In this document: positions 1 through 9,888 of the stretch, piece after piece
Layout: each line of letters starts with the position of its first letter
How positions within the stretch are numbered: the first letter of the stretch is position 1
Assembly: GCA_963749915.1 (NCBI GenBank)
Contig: CAVVOP010000020.1
Coordinates: 128,001 to 192,000, forward strand
Origin: an uncultured cyanobacterium
GTDB lineage: Bacteria > Cyanobacteriota > Cyanobacteriia > Cyanobacteriales > Cyanobacteriaceae
Reading direction: 5' to 3'
Length of the DNA stretch: 64,000 nucleotides
Notes under the pieces: model-generated
What the model saw: the letters and a program-made list of their open reading frames with translations, nothing else
Database searches by the model: none
Told to the model about the DNA's origin: nothing
Translations under genes and position numbers: made by a program

Positions 1-139
1 ATTTTACTGGCACAGCTTTAGGTCCAGTGGCTTGAGAGTCTGGTTCTCCACTGCCACAACCAGAGAGGAGAACAGGTAGTATGAACACCGCTCCCAGTAT
101 TTTCTGGGTAAAAGTATTTTTAGGTTTAGGTTTAATCAT
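1..139 (-). CDS. 5' end of a lipoprotein, probably efflux RND transporter periplasmic adaptor subunit (partial, runs off window)
   Basis: Manual translation MIKPKPKNTFTQKILGAVFILPVLLSGCGSGEPDSQATGPKAVPVK: lipobox LSGC followed by a PxAVPVK segment typical of cyanobacterial RND adaptors. Confidence 0.6.
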   Translation of the reverse strand, partial: MIKPKPKNTFTQKILGAVFILPVLLSGCGSGEPDSQATGPKAVPVK

Positions 140-355
140 AGATTTTATCTGTACTAATAGACTTTTGGAAAAATAGCGGTTAAAAATAGCTAAAATTTTT
201 AACTTGTAAAGACTCCAGCAATTATTGAGTGTGGAGGAATCGAATTGCCCACTTTATTTTACGTTTCAGAGATTTTTTTCTTTATTTTATTACCCACCGA
301 CTTTACGAGTATAGTCCATATTGGCTGAAAAATTCAAATGTCGAGTAAAAACGTC

Positions 356-388
356 ATTCTAAATTCTAAATTCTAAATTCTAAATTCT
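356..388. repeat. Heptamer short tandem repeat (STRR), (ATTCTAA)x4.7
   Basis: Direct reading of sequence. Confidence 0.9.
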
Positions 389-474
389 TCAATATTTGAT
401 TTTCCCTAAGGTTATAATCATTTAAAGGAGTAAATTTTTCTCAACAACATTTATATCGGAGGTAATTAATTTAT

Positions 475-765
475 ATGTCAACTCAAGTAATTGATAAGCC
501 TACAACTAAATCTGATACTAAACGTAAACACGATTCGGGTTATCGAGTATTGTTACATAATGATAGTTTTAACACTATGGAATATGTGGTACAAGCATTA
601 ATGGAAACCGTCGGCATCAATGAGCCTCAAGCGGTTAGTATCATGATGGAAACTCATACCAACGGTATTGGTTTAGTCACTACCTGCGCCTTGGAACACG
701 CAGAGTTTTATTGCGAAAGCCTTAAAAGTAAGGGTTTGACTAGCACTATTGAACCAGCAGAATAG
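475..765 (+). CDS. clpS: ATP-dependent Clp protease adaptor ClpS
   Basis: YRVLLHNDSFNTMEYVV and AVSIMMETHTNG motifs; GGAGG RBS upstream. Confidence 0.95.
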   Translation: MSTQVIDKPTTKSDTKRKHDSGYRVLLHNDSFNTMEYVVQALMETVGINEPQAVSIMMETHTNGIGLVTTCALEHAEFYCESLKSKGLTSTIEPAE

Positions 766-815
766 CAATTACCAATTAACCATTAAAATATCAACTATTC
801 GCTATTGTAATAATC

Positions 816-1634
816 TTGGTTTTTGAACATATTAAAAATTATCCTTTGTTGGCAAGGTTGGGATTATTTATCTTGACCTTACTTTTTGTTTGGCTACCTT
901 TTGCTATTCCTATTTACTATTTTCTCGGTGAAAAAGATCCTAATTTAACCACTATTATTACCATGGCAATTTTATTTGTCATCTTTTTATTTTTGGCTAA
1001 ATTTTGGGGTAAATATGTTTATGCCGATAACAATATTTTTTCCTATTATGGTCTAGTAAATAGCAGAAAGAACTGGCAGTATTTAATTAAGGGTTTAGCC
1101 ATCGGTTTTACCTTAACTTGGCTATTATTTGCTGTGGAAGCCTTGTTCGGTTGGTTAAATTTTCAGCCTCCTACTATGATATTTCCTCAGTTAATTTTAG
1201 AAGGTTTTGTCAGTGCCATGGCCATCGGATTTGCCGAGGAATTATTTTTTCGAGGTTGGTTCTTATCGGAGTTGGAAAGAGACTTTTCTTTATCTATTTC
1301 TGCGATCTTAAACGCCTTAATTTTTGCTGTTTCTCATTTCATAAGACCTCTTTCTGAAGTTATTAGAACTATAGTAACTTTCCCCGCTTTATTGTTATTA
1401 GGATATACTCTTTTATCGGTAAAGCGATCTCACCAAAATTTGTTAGGTATGAGTATCGGTCTTCACAGTGGTTTAGTTTGGGGCTATTATGTCATTAATG
1501 TAGGGGAAATGATAACTTATACTGAAAAAGTGCCCCAGTGGATTACGGGGATCGACAAAAACCCCATCGCTGGAATAATGGGGCTAGGTTTTCTCTCCAT
1601 TTTATTGTTTTTAAGTAACTGCCGAGACCGTTAA
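816..1634 (+). CDS. CPBP (CAAX/Abi) family intramembrane metalloprotease
   Basis: EELFFRG, FAVSH and IGLHSG motifs; multiple TM segments. Confidence 0.9.
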   Translation: MVFEHIKNYPLLARLGLFILTLLFVWLPFAIPIYYFLGEKDPNLTTIITMAILFVIFLFLAKFWGKYVYADNNIFSYYGLVNSRKNWQYLIKGLAIGFTLTWLLFAVEALFGWLNFQPPTMIFPQLILEGFVSAMAIGFAEELFFRGWFLSELERDFSLSISAILNALIFAVSHFIRPLSEVIRTIVTFPALLLLGYTLLSVKRSHQNLLGMSIGLHSGLVWGYYVINVGEMITYTEKVPQWITGIDKNPIAGIMGLGFLSILLFLSNCRDR

Positions 1635-1669
1635 ATTTACAGTGAGGCTAGCCCAATTTTGCGACCAAG

Positions 1670-1704
1670 AAAAAAAGGCCAACCAAAATTAATTGATTAG
1701 CCCT
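1670..1704 (-). terminator. Intrinsic terminator of the ycf46/ycf35 operon
   Basis: Minus strand GGGCTAATCAA...TTGGTTGGCC followed by T-run, just after the ycf35 stop. Confidence 0.65.
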
Positions 1705-1740
1705 AAAAATTGGGAACGCACTTTCAGAAAATAGATTCCA

Positions 1741-2091
1741 TTACTTGAGAACTAACTTGACGTTAGCGTTTTGTAACCCACGTTGCTTAACTTCGCCCAA
1801 AGTTTTATTAACCGCATATTTTTGATTAATGGAGTTAATTAACTCAGTTTGATTATGTTTTTTAGCAACGCCCCAGAGATCCGCGATCAAGTCAAAGCTA
1901 CCGTCTGTATTGCGAGACCAACCGAGATCGTATTCTCCTTCTAAAACAGCTACTATATCAGCACGAAGACGTTGACCATTATAGCCACGAACATCAGCAT
2001 CAGTTTTGACACTAATACCGAGATCACGCAAGGAACCAGTTAAAATTTCCGCAGAAGTGATTTTGGTGCGTAAGGTACTGAAATGAGACAT
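1741..2091 (-). CDS. ycf35: DUF1257 / Ycf35 family protein
   Basis: MSHFSTLRTKI...VRGYNGQ...FDLIADLW signature; downstream of ycf46. Confidence 0.85.
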   Translation of the reverse strand: MSHFSTLRTKITSAEILTGSLRDLGISVKTDADVRGYNGQRLRADIVAVLEGEYDLGWSRNTDGSFDLIADLWGVAKKHNQTELINSINQKYAVNKTLGEVKQRGLQNANVKLVLK

Positions 2092-2209
2092 TGGTATTTC
2101 CTCCTAAGAGATTAAAGACAACTTTTTGATTTTAAGATGCACATAAAGTGCTTTTCATTCAACTGTTAGCCCTTAAGCTAACCTTTCTCCAAAAATGAGA
2201 GAAAGACTG

Positions 2210-3730
2210 TTAAAACGACCTGCGTTGATATTCCTCAACGGAGGCTGACCCAGGTCTAGCTCGTTGTCGAGCCCAGTCTCGTAGCGCTGTGACCTGTTCT
2301 GTCATCGTACGGGACAGAGGTAGTGTCGATTTGACGGCAGCAATGATGTCCAACTGTGTAAACTCTCGCCCTTGGGCAAAAGCCTCGTACATAGCGGCAA
2401 CAATGGCCTGTTCAATCTCTGCCCCGGAAAAACCTTCTGAGACCTTGGCTAATTGTTCTAAGTCAAAACGACCGATATCGGAACGACGTTTGCCAAGATG
2501 AATATTGAAAATCGCTTCTCGCTCTTGCCCACTGGGCAAATCCACAAAAAAGATCTCATCAAAACGACCTTTTCGCAAAAACTCCCCTGGTAATTTTTCT
2601 AAACGGTTAGCGGTCGCCATCACAAACACAGGAGAATTTTTTTCTTGCATCCATGTCAGGAATGAACCGAAAATTCGACTAGATGTCCCACCATCAGAAT
2701 CACTGGAACCAGCACCACCGGCAAAAGCCTTGTCTAATTCATCGATGAATAATATTGCCGGAGAAATGGATTCCGCCGTTTTCAAAGCACTGCGCAGATT
2801 TGCTTCCGATTTCCCTACCGTTGAGCCGTCATAGACTCTACCCATATCCAACCGTAGTAAGGGCAATCCCCATAACTTGGAGGTCGTCTTCGCAATTAAA
2901 GACTTTCCACAACCGGGAACCCCTAAAATTAGCATTCCTTTGGGTTGGGGTAAGCCATAGGCTCTGGCTTTTTCCGTGAAGGCTTCCGAACGTTGGGTTA
3001 ACCAGTGTTTTAGCTCTTCTAAACCCCCTACTGCATTGATAGTTTCGTCTTCTTCAATATAATCAAGGATGCCATTACGCCGAATTAGTTGTTTTTTCTC
3101 AGAAAGGACGATTTCAACTTCATTTTCTGTTAATTGTCCCCCTTTGATCTGAGCTTTACGATAAACTTTTTCCGCTTCATCGATAGTTAAACCAAGGGCG
3201 GCCCTGCGCAATTTCTCTTTGACTTGCGGTTGAAGTTGCTTGCTTTTAGTTTTCTTTAATGCCCTTTCCAATACCTGATCTAGCTCATGGGCCTGAGGCA
3301 GAGGAAAGTCCAACACCACTAAATCTTTTTCTAGTTCTAAAGGTGTTTGCTGATAGGGTGACATCAAGACAATTATTTTATCTGTTCCCTTAAAACTAGC
3401 AATGGCATCTCTCAACCATCTTGTTACCGGGGGCGATTCTAAATAAGGATGTAAGTCTTTGAAGATGTAAATCCCCGCCTCTTTTTGTCTGACAACCCAC
3501 TCAATGGCCGCTTCGGGGGAAACCGTGTTGTGTTGTACAGAGGTCGAATTTTGTTGACTGCATTCAACGATTCCACGGGTTACTGTCCACACAAATAGCC
3601 GACGAGATCCCTGATTAGGTAATTCATTCAATATAGTCCCAATGGCTTCCTCTGCACGTTCTTCTTCCGAAGTCACTAGGTAAATCAAGGGATATTGAGC
3701 TTTGATAAGAATGTTTAACTCTTCTTTCAT
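2210..3730 (-). CDS. ycf46: Ycf46-family AAA+ ATPase
   Basis: Walker A GVPGCGKS, Walker B ILFIDE, SRH PGEFLRKGRFDE; start moved to MKEELN (GAGG RBS; avoids overlap with the upstream gene). Confidence 0.9.
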   Translation of the reverse strand: MKEELNILIKAQYPLIYLVTSEEERAEEAIGTILNELPNQGSRRLFVWTVTRGIVECSQQNSTSVQHNTVSPEAAIEWVVRQKEAGIYIFKDLHPYLESPPVTRWLRDAIASFKGTDKIIVLMSPYQQTPLELEKDLVVLDFPLPQAHELDQVLERALKKTKSKQLQPQVKEKLRRAALGLTIDEAEKVYRKAQIKGGQLTENEVEIVLSEKKQLIRRNGILDYIEEDETINAVGGLEELKHWLTQRSEAFTEKARAYGLPQPKGMLILGVPGCGKSLIAKTTSKLWGLPLLRLDMGRVYDGSTVGKSEANLRSALKTAESISPAILFIDELDKAFAGGAGSSDSDGGTSSRIFGSFLTWMQEKNSPVFVMATANRLEKLPGEFLRKGRFDEIFFVDLPSGQEREAIFNIHLGKRRSDIGRFDLEQLAKVSEGFSGAEIEQAIVAAMYEAFAQGREFTQLDIIAAVKSTLPLSRTMTEQVTALRDWARQRARPGSASVEEYQRRSF

Positions 3731-3789
3731 GGGATCGACCTCTATTTTGCTTAGGCAGTTACTGTAATCGCTAACATGACTGTCACCAT

Positions 3790-4134
3790 TTAGCAAGGGA
3801 TTAACTCTTCTTGTCCTTGAGTCCCTGCAATGATCTCTGTTTTTTCACCGATCAGGGGAAACTCTTCATCAACGATACTGGGTTGATTTTTGAGAGAAAT
3901 CATCTCCCCGTCACGCATCACCATTGCGGCACTACATTCGGGGCAAACGTGGACTTGATGAGTTTTTCCGTAACTCGCTTCTAATTCCTCTACCACTTCG
4001 GGATGTTTCAAGTAGAAGCTGAGGGCTCTTTCGACAAGTGCTGACATAGAATCAGTATCGATGGCCGCTTTTACTTTCAACTGACGATGCAGTGTTGGTG
4101 GAAGATAAAGAGTAACTTTTTGCTTTTCTTGCAT
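3790..4134 (-). CDS. Conserved cyanobacterial protein (Slr0373-like) with N-terminal ribbon-helix-helix-like region and CxxC
   Basis: KQKVTLYLPPTLHRQLKVKAA, CPEC; first gene of the three-gene ycf46 operon. Confidence 0.8.
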   Translation of the reverse strand: MQEKQKVTLYLPPTLHRQLKVKAAIDTDSMSALVERALSFYLKHPEVVEELEASYGKTHQVHVCPECSAAMVMRDGEMISLKNQPSIVDEEFPLIGEKTEIIAGTQGQEELIPC

Positions 4135-4173
4135 ATTCGCTGTTATTTGATATGCCCGGGTGCGATATTGATT

Positions 4174-4202
4174 AATTTAACTCTTTTTTTTTCCACTGTC
4201 AA
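4174..4202 (-). promoter_or_regulatory. Sigma70-type promoter of the ycf46 operon
   Basis: Minus strand TTGACA (4202-4197), 17 bp spacer, TAAATT (4179-4174). Confidence 0.6.
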
Positions 4203-4343
4203 GCGGTCATCCCGTTTTAATGGTAATATTGTTACAAAACTTAATAAATGAAATTTTAGAAAGATGGTTGTTTTCTTTATAACCTATATTCGGCAGGTTA
4301 TGTTCGGAATGAGTTATTTATAGAGAGTTCTATATCCAAAGTA

Positions 4344-5258
4344 CTATTCTAATGTGATAATTGTGCCGCGATCGCCCCTTAAAATTTCCGCGACATCTTG
4401 CAACTGACCAATTGCCGCCATACCCATCGTCGTAGTCTTAGCCTTGACAAAATTACAAGCCGCTTCGACCTTCGGTTGCATCGAGCCAGGAGCGAAGCTA
4501 TACTTGCTTAACTGCTGTGGAGTTATTGTGGAAATTGGTTGGGCTTCTGGAGTACCCCAGTTATGGTAAACCGCATCCACATCAGTCAATAGCAGTAAGG
4601 CATCCGCCTGTAAATCCTTTGCCAGTAATGCTGTAGCTAAATCTTTATCGATAACGGCTTCAATGCCACAAATACTCCCTGCCGGAGTAACAACAACGGG
4701 TATACCACCACCGCCGGCACAGATGACCAATGCTCCCACTTTTACCAATAACCGGATTGTTGGTAATTCCAGAATGCGCTTGGGTTTGGGAGAGGGGACA
4801 ACGCGGCGATAGCCATTGCCATCGGGGGCCACTGCCCAACCTCTTTCTTTCGCTAAATGTTTAGCTTCCGTCTCTGAATAAACTGAACCAATGGGTTTAG
4901 TAGGACAAGCAAAAGCAGGATCCTCAGGGTTTACTTCGATCTGGGTGAGGAGAGTGACTATTTGTTTTTCTGGTAGTTGATTGCAGAGTTCTTGTTCGAT
5001 TAGATAACCGATCGCCCCTTCTGTCTCCGCATCTAGTACATCTAGGGGATAGGGCTTGACGCCCTTGTAGGCTTCGGCTTGCATTGCTAAAAGTCCCACC
5101 TGGGGTCCATTACCGTGGGTAACTACCACCTGATGTTCTCTAGCAACAACAGCGATGGCTTTGGCTGCCAGCTGAATATTTTGTCGCTGTATTTCTACTT
5201 CTGGAGGTTGACCACGCCTAATTAGGGCATTACCCCCCAAGGCAATAACTACGAGCAT
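4344..5258 (-). CDS. arcC: Carbamate kinase
   Basis: VIALGGNAL, THGNGPQVG, PTKPIG, YRRVVPSP, GGGGIPV, EAVIDKD, GSMxPKVEAA. Confidence 0.95.
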   Translation of the reverse strand: MLVVIALGGNALIRRGQPPEVEIQRQNIQLAAKAIAVVAREHQVVVTHGNGPQVGLLAMQAEAYKGVKPYPLDVLDAETEGAIGYLIEQELCNQLPEKQIVTLLTQIEVNPEDPAFACPTKPIGSVYSETEAKHLAKERGWAVAPDGNGYRRVVPSPKPKRILELPTIRLLVKVGALVICAGGGGIPVVVTPAGSICGIEAVIDKDLATALLAKDLQADALLLLTDVDAVYHNWGTPEAQPISTITPQQLSKYSFAPGSMQPKVEAACNFVKAKTTTMGMAAIGQLQDVAEILRGDRGTIITLE

Positions 5259-5264
5259 GATCGT

Positions 5265-6623
5265 CTATCCTCCCAAGTTTTTACGGGCGAGAAATTGCTC
5301 TATTTCGGCGGATAATCTCGGTTCTCCTCTCTCAGCAAATTCATAGTGGGCGCGGACCACTGGCTTATTAAGTGTCATCAGAGAACTAAGATCGCTGGGA
5401 GTGGCTGCCACTACTACGTCAGCTTCGGCATTGTTAATGGTATCCTCCAATGCTTTTAGTTGGGCGGGAAAATAACCCATGGCTGGCAATACCGGGCCGA
5501 TGTGGGGATAGCGGGCATAAACTTCGGCAATTTCTGGAGCAGCAGAAGCTCTGGGATCGACAATTGCTGCAGCGTGGGCACGAATAGCAGCTACATAGCC
5601 TGCACCATAGGACATGCCACCATGAGTGGTAGTCGGACCGTCCTCTACTACTAACACGCGACGATGGCACACTGCTTCTGGATTGTCCAACTGGATTGGG
5701 GAGGCACCACGAACAATCACTGCTTGGGGATTAACCTTCTTCACTGTATCGCTAACTCTCTGTATGTCAGCATCAGCTGCCGAATCCACTTTCGCAATAA
5801 TGACAATGTCTGCCATCCGCAACACGACTTCCCCTGGGTGGTGAGTAGTTTCATGTCCAGGACGCAATGGATCGACTAAAACAAGGTGTAGATCGGGTTG
5901 AATGAAAGGAAAGTCATTATTACCGCCGTCCCAGAGGATAATATCTGCTTCTTGTTCTGCTTTCTGGACGATTAACCCATAATCGACTCCAGCATAGACT
6001 ATGTTACCAACCGCTAGATGGGGTTCGTATTCTTCCCGTTCCTCAATTGTACACTCGGCTACATCTAAATCTCCTTTAGTCGCAAACCGTTGTACAATTT
6101 GCTTTTCTAAATCCCCGTAAGGCATGGGGTGACGGATAACTGCTACTCGCAAACCTTTTTCTCGCAGTAGCTTAGAAAGCCAACGGGTAGTTTGAGACTT
6201 ACCACAACCAGTCCGCACCGCAGAAACAGCGATTACTGGTACTTGGGCTGGTAGCATGGTTCGTTTGGGACCTAAAAGTAAGAAATCTGCACCCGCTACC
6301 ATTGCTCGCGATGCGAAATGCATCACTTGGGAGTGAGTCAGATCGCTATAAGCAAAGACCACAAAATCTATTTGCTCTCGACGACAAAGAGATTCTAATT
6401 CTGTTTCCTCAACAATAGGAATACCTTGAGGATAAAGGGAACCCGCTAGCACACAAGGATAGCGGCGATTCGCAATGCCCGAAATTTGTGCTGCGGTAAA
6501 AGCCACCACTTCCACTTCTTTGTCATGGCGGTATACCTGATTGAAATTGTGAAAATCTCGACCTGCTGCCCCCATAATGACAATTCTAGAAGGGGATCGA
6601 GCAGTACTACTTGGCGATCGCAT
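5265..6623 (-). CDS. arcE: Arginine synthetase (ArcE)-like P-loop protein; often annotated as cyclic 2,3-diphosphoglycerate synthase-like GTPase
   Basis: IMGAAGRDFHNFN, AVRTGCGKSQT, RHPMPYGDL, CTIEEREEYEP, WDGGNND, EDGPTxTHGGM; 6 bp upstream of arcC; start set at the ATG after GGAGG. Confidence 0.75.
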   Translation of the reverse strand: MRSPSSTARSPSRIVIMGAAGRDFHNFNQVYRHDKEVEVVAFTAAQISGIANRRYPCVLAGSLYPQGIPIVEETELESLCRREQIDFVVFAYSDLTHSQVMHFASRAMVAGADFLLLGPKRTMLPAQVPVIAVSAVRTGCGKSQTTRWLSKLLREKGLRVAVIRHPMPYGDLEKQIVQRFATKGDLDVAECTIEEREEYEPHLAVGNIVYAGVDYGLIVQKAEQEADIILWDGGNNDFPFIQPDLHLVLVDPLRPGHETTHHPGEVVLRMADIVIIAKVDSAADADIQRVSDTVKKVNPQAVIVRGASPIQLDNPEAVCHRRVLVVEDGPTTTHGGMSYGAGYVAAIRAHAAAIVDPRASAAPEIAEVYARYPHIGPVLPAMGYFPAQLKALEDTINNAEADVVVAATPSDLSSLMTLNKPVVRAHYEFAERGEPRLSAEIEQFLARKNLGG

Positions 6624-6871
6624 TTGACCCTCCATAAAATATATCCTTATAATCCTTTTATTTGTCGTCTTAACAGTTCGTTTTCATTTACTAAGAGCTT
6701 GGGTTCTAAGTCATTGCGCTCACTTTTAACAAAGGTTGTCCAGACCTAACCATTATACCATTTCTTTAAATAGTATTGGTTCCCTTGCCGTGAACAAATC
6801 TATCCTCATCCATGCCTATTTCTCCCATCCGTCTTGCCTCTTTTCTAACTTCAAAAGAAAAAAGAGCTTTT

Positions 6872-9118
6872 TTAGTATTCTTGGGCTTCTACTACGGCGA
6901 TCGCCGTCATATTAACAATGGAGCGAATATCACAATCTTTTTGTAAAACATGAACTGATTTTTTCATCCCCATTAAAATTGGTCCTATGGTTTGAGAACC
7001 ACCTAATTCCTGTAATAGTTTATAGGCAATATTGCCTGAATTAAGATCGGGAAAAATGAGAATATTCGCATCACCTTTAATCGCTGAAAAAGGATAATTT
7101 TCTTGGACAATATTAGGATTGACCGCCGTATCAGCCTGCATTTCTCCATCAATAATTAAGTCCGGTTGACGTTTTTTAACAAGGTTGATCGCATCTTTAA
7201 CTTTATTACTCAAAGGATGAGGGGCACTGCCAAAATCAGAAAAGGAAAGCATGGCAACACGAGGTTGTAAGTTTAATCTTTGGGCTAATCTGGCACTTTC
7301 AATGGCAATATCCGCTAAAATTTCTGCCGTGGGATTAATATTTACCGTCGTATCCGCAAAAAGGTAGACCCGACGTTTTAATAACATAATATATAAACCG
7401 GAAACATATTTAATATCAGGACGAGTACCGATAATTCGTAAAGCCGGGCGAATGGTATCGGGATAGGCTTGAGTTAAGCCGGACACCAAACCATCAGCAT
7501 CCCCTAAATGTAGCATTAATGAACCGAAAATATTAGGCTTAAGGATTTCTTTTCGTGCTTGTTGTAAAGTCATCCCTTTTCTTTGTCTGAGGTTAAATAA
7601 TTCTTGAATATAAAGATCACTGTGAGAAGCCGTAGCTGGATCTACAATACTCAGATCAGGCAAATGTAAACCTAATTCACCAATTTTTGCTTTGATCTGA
7701 GCTTCTGAGCCGATTAAAATGGGTTGGGCAATCTTTTCTTCCATTAAGATTTGACAAGCAGTGAGAATTTTATTCTGATCTCCTTCTGGGAAGACAATTC
7801 TTTTCGGTGCTGTTTTAGCTTTATGAATAGCTTGGCGGATAATTTCTTGATCTACACCCATCCGTTTTTCAAGGGTTTCTTGATATTGCTCAAGGTTTAA
7901 GGTAATACGGGCAACTCCCGTATCCATGGCGGCTTTTGCTACTGCTGGGGTCACCCAAAATAAAACCCGATTATCAAAGGGTTTGGGAATGAAATATTCT
8001 CGCCCGAAGGCTAAATTTTTTAGTCCATAGGCTCTTAAAACGGAGTAAGGTACATCTTGTCTCGTTAAATTAACTAAAGCCCCAACAGCAGCTATTTTCA
8101 TGGCTTCATTAATTTCTGTTGCTCTTACATCTAACGCACCTCGGAAAATAAAAGGAAAACCCAACACATTATTAACTTGGTTGGGATAGTCAGATCTTCC
8201 TGTAGCAATAATGAGATCACTACGGGTTGCTTTAGCTAGATGATATTCAATTTCTGGATCGGGGTTAGCTAGGGCAAAGACGATGGGATTAACCGCCATT
8301 GATTTTACCATTGCCGGAGTTAAAATATCTTTGATGGATAAACCAATAAAAACATCTGCTCCTGCTATGGCCTCAGCTAAAGTTCGAGCCTTGGTATCAT
8401 TAGCAAACTGAACTTTGTACGGGTTCAGATGCTCTGTTCTTCCTTGATAAATAACTCCCATGCGATCGCACATGATTAAGTTTTCTCTTTTTACCCCTAA
8501 AGTTAAATGGAGTTTTGCACAGGCGATCGCAGCGGCACCTGCCCCACTATAAACTACCTTCACCTGATCAATTTTTTTCTGTGCCACTTCCAAGGCATTA
8601 ATTAAGGCAGCTCCGGTAATAATTGCTGTACCATGTTGATCATCATGAAAGACAGGAATTTTCATTTTTTGTCTCAGTTGTTCTTCAACATAAAAACTAT
8701 CGGGAGCTTTAATATCCTCTAAATTAATCCCACCAAAAGTAGGCTCAAGGCATTTAACCGTATTAATAAATTCTTCGAGATCTTCGCTCTGAATTTCTAA
8801 ATCAAAAACATTAATATCGGCAAATCGTTTAAATAAAACCGCTTTCCCCTCCATCACGGGTTTAGCCGCCAAAGCTCCTATATTACCTAGTCCTAAAACG
8901 GCTGTACCATTTGTCACCACCGCCACTAAATTGCCCTTTGTGGTGTAATCATAAACCTTTTTTGGGTCTTGGTGAATTTGACGACAGGGTTCAGCCACCC
9001 CCGGAGTATAAGCAAGGGCTAGATCTCTTTGAGTAGTAAAGGGTTTAGTGGCATTTACTTCTAATTTTCCGGGGCGATCGTATTGGTGATAGTGGAGGGA
9101 ATCTTCGGATAGGGACAT
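6872..9118 (-). CDS. maeB: NADP-dependent malic enzyme with C-terminal phosphotransacetylase-like domain
   Basis: [35 protein letters not shown], then KRIVFPEG...DGEMQAD PTA-like domain. Confidence 0.93.
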   Translation of the reverse strand: MSLSEDSLHYHQYDRPGKLEVNATKPFTTQRDLALAYTPGVAEPCRQIHQDPKKVYDYTTKGNLVAVVTNGTAVLGLGNIGALAAKPVMEGKAVLFKRFADINVFDLEIQSEDLEEFINTVKCLEPTFGGINLEDIKAPDSFYVEEQLRQKMKIPVFHDDQHGTAIITGAALINALEVAQKKIDQVKVVYSGAGAAAIACAKLHLTLGVKRENLIMCDRMGVIYQGRTEHLNPYKVQFANDTKARTLAEAIAGADVFIGLSIKDILTPAMVKSMAVNPIVFALANPDPEIEYHLAKATRSDLIIATGRSDYPNQVNNVLGFPFIFRGALDVRATEINEAMKIAAVGALVNLTRQDVPYSVLRAYGLKNLAFGREYFIPKPFDNRVLFWVTPAVAKAAMDTGVARITLNLEQYQETLEKRMGVDQEIIRQAIHKAKTAPKRIVFPEGDQNKILTACQILMEEKIAQPILIGSEAQIKAKIGELGLHLPDLSIVDPATASHSDLYIQELFNLRQRKGMTLQQARKEILKPNIFGSLMLHLGDADGLVSGLTQAYPDTIRPALRIIGTRPDIKYVSGLYIMLLKRRVYLFADTTVNINPTAEILADIAIESARLAQRLNLQPRVAMLSFSDFGSAPHPLSNKVKDAINLVKKRQPDLIIDGEMQADTAVNPNIVQENYPFSAIKGDANILIFPDLNSGNIAYKLLQELGGSQTIGPILMGMKKSVHVLQKDCDIRSIVNMTAIAVVEAQEY

Positions 9119-9309
9119 AAGCAAAATGATTAATTAAGATGATGAGCCGGCAAAAAGTCTAATGCACATTGAAGAAAAAGACAAATTCAACTTTAACATT
9201 TAATCCTGTTTTTAGCTTCTGCCCTTCCATAGTTTAAGACTCATCACCTTCGCCCAAATATTAAAAACCTACACCCGAAAGCTCCTGCCTCCTAACTTGA
9301 AAGTTTAAA

Positions 9310-9372
9310 AGTTACGCATTGACAGAAAACTAAAAATGATGCACATTAAAAAATATTTGTCAATGGGTAACT
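9310..9372. repeat. Palindromic dispersed repeat with 15-bp arms
   Basis: AGTTACGCATTGACA (9310-9324) / TGTCAATGGGTAACT (9358-9372), one mismatch. Confidence 0.7.
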
Positions 9373-9389
9373 CCTAAAGTTTAAGAAAG

Positions 9390-9824
9390 TTAGGCAATAG
9401 TGGCTAGAATATCTTGGGCGTGAGTGTCGGTTTTCACTTTATCGTCAACGTGAGTAATAACACCTTGACCATCGATAATATAGGTAACTCGTTTAGGATA
9501 ACCGCCGCCGTCAACATCATAGGCTCGAGAAATAACTCTGTCGGTATCAGCTAAGAGTTGGAAGGGTAAACCATATTTTTCTTTAAACATAGTGTGAGAG
9601 GCTTCGTCATCGTTACTAACCCCTAAAACTACTATATCTTTGCCTTGATATTCTTCATAGTTGTCGCGGAAACTCTGGGCTTCTTTGGTGCAACCTGGAG
9701 TATCATCTTTGGGGTAGAAATATAAAACTACTACTTTACCCACAAAATCCGATAAAGAAACTGTATTACCTTGATCATCTTTAGTGGTGAATGCTGGTGC
9801 TTTAGTGCCAACTGCGAGTGTCAT
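9390..9824 (-). CDS. bcp: Peroxiredoxin, BCP/PrxQ subfamily (1-Cys)
   Basis: VLYFYPKDDTPGCTKEA motif. Confidence 0.93.
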   Translation of the reverse strand: MTLAVGTKAPAFTTKDDQGNTVSLSDFVGKVVVLYFYPKDDTPGCTKEAQSFRDNYEEYQGKDIVVLGVSNDDEASHTMFKEKYGLPFQLLADTDRVISRAYDVDGGGYPKRVTYIIDGQGVITHVDDKVKTDTHAQDILATIA

Positions 9825-9888
9825 AAATAATTTCCCTACAATTAAATAAATTCTGTTTCTTATTTAACTTTACAATACTTAACGAAAG

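Noticed and set aside
3731..3796. Extended ycf46 start
   Set aside because: Overlaps the upstream gene; RBS precedes MKEELN
4223..4235. GTA-N7-TAC as an NtcA site
   Set aside because: Spacer is 7 nt, not 8
5265..6623. Literal cyclic 2,3-diphosphoglycerate synthase call
   Set aside because: No 2-phosphoglycerate kinase nearby; coupling to arcC favours the ArcE subfamily
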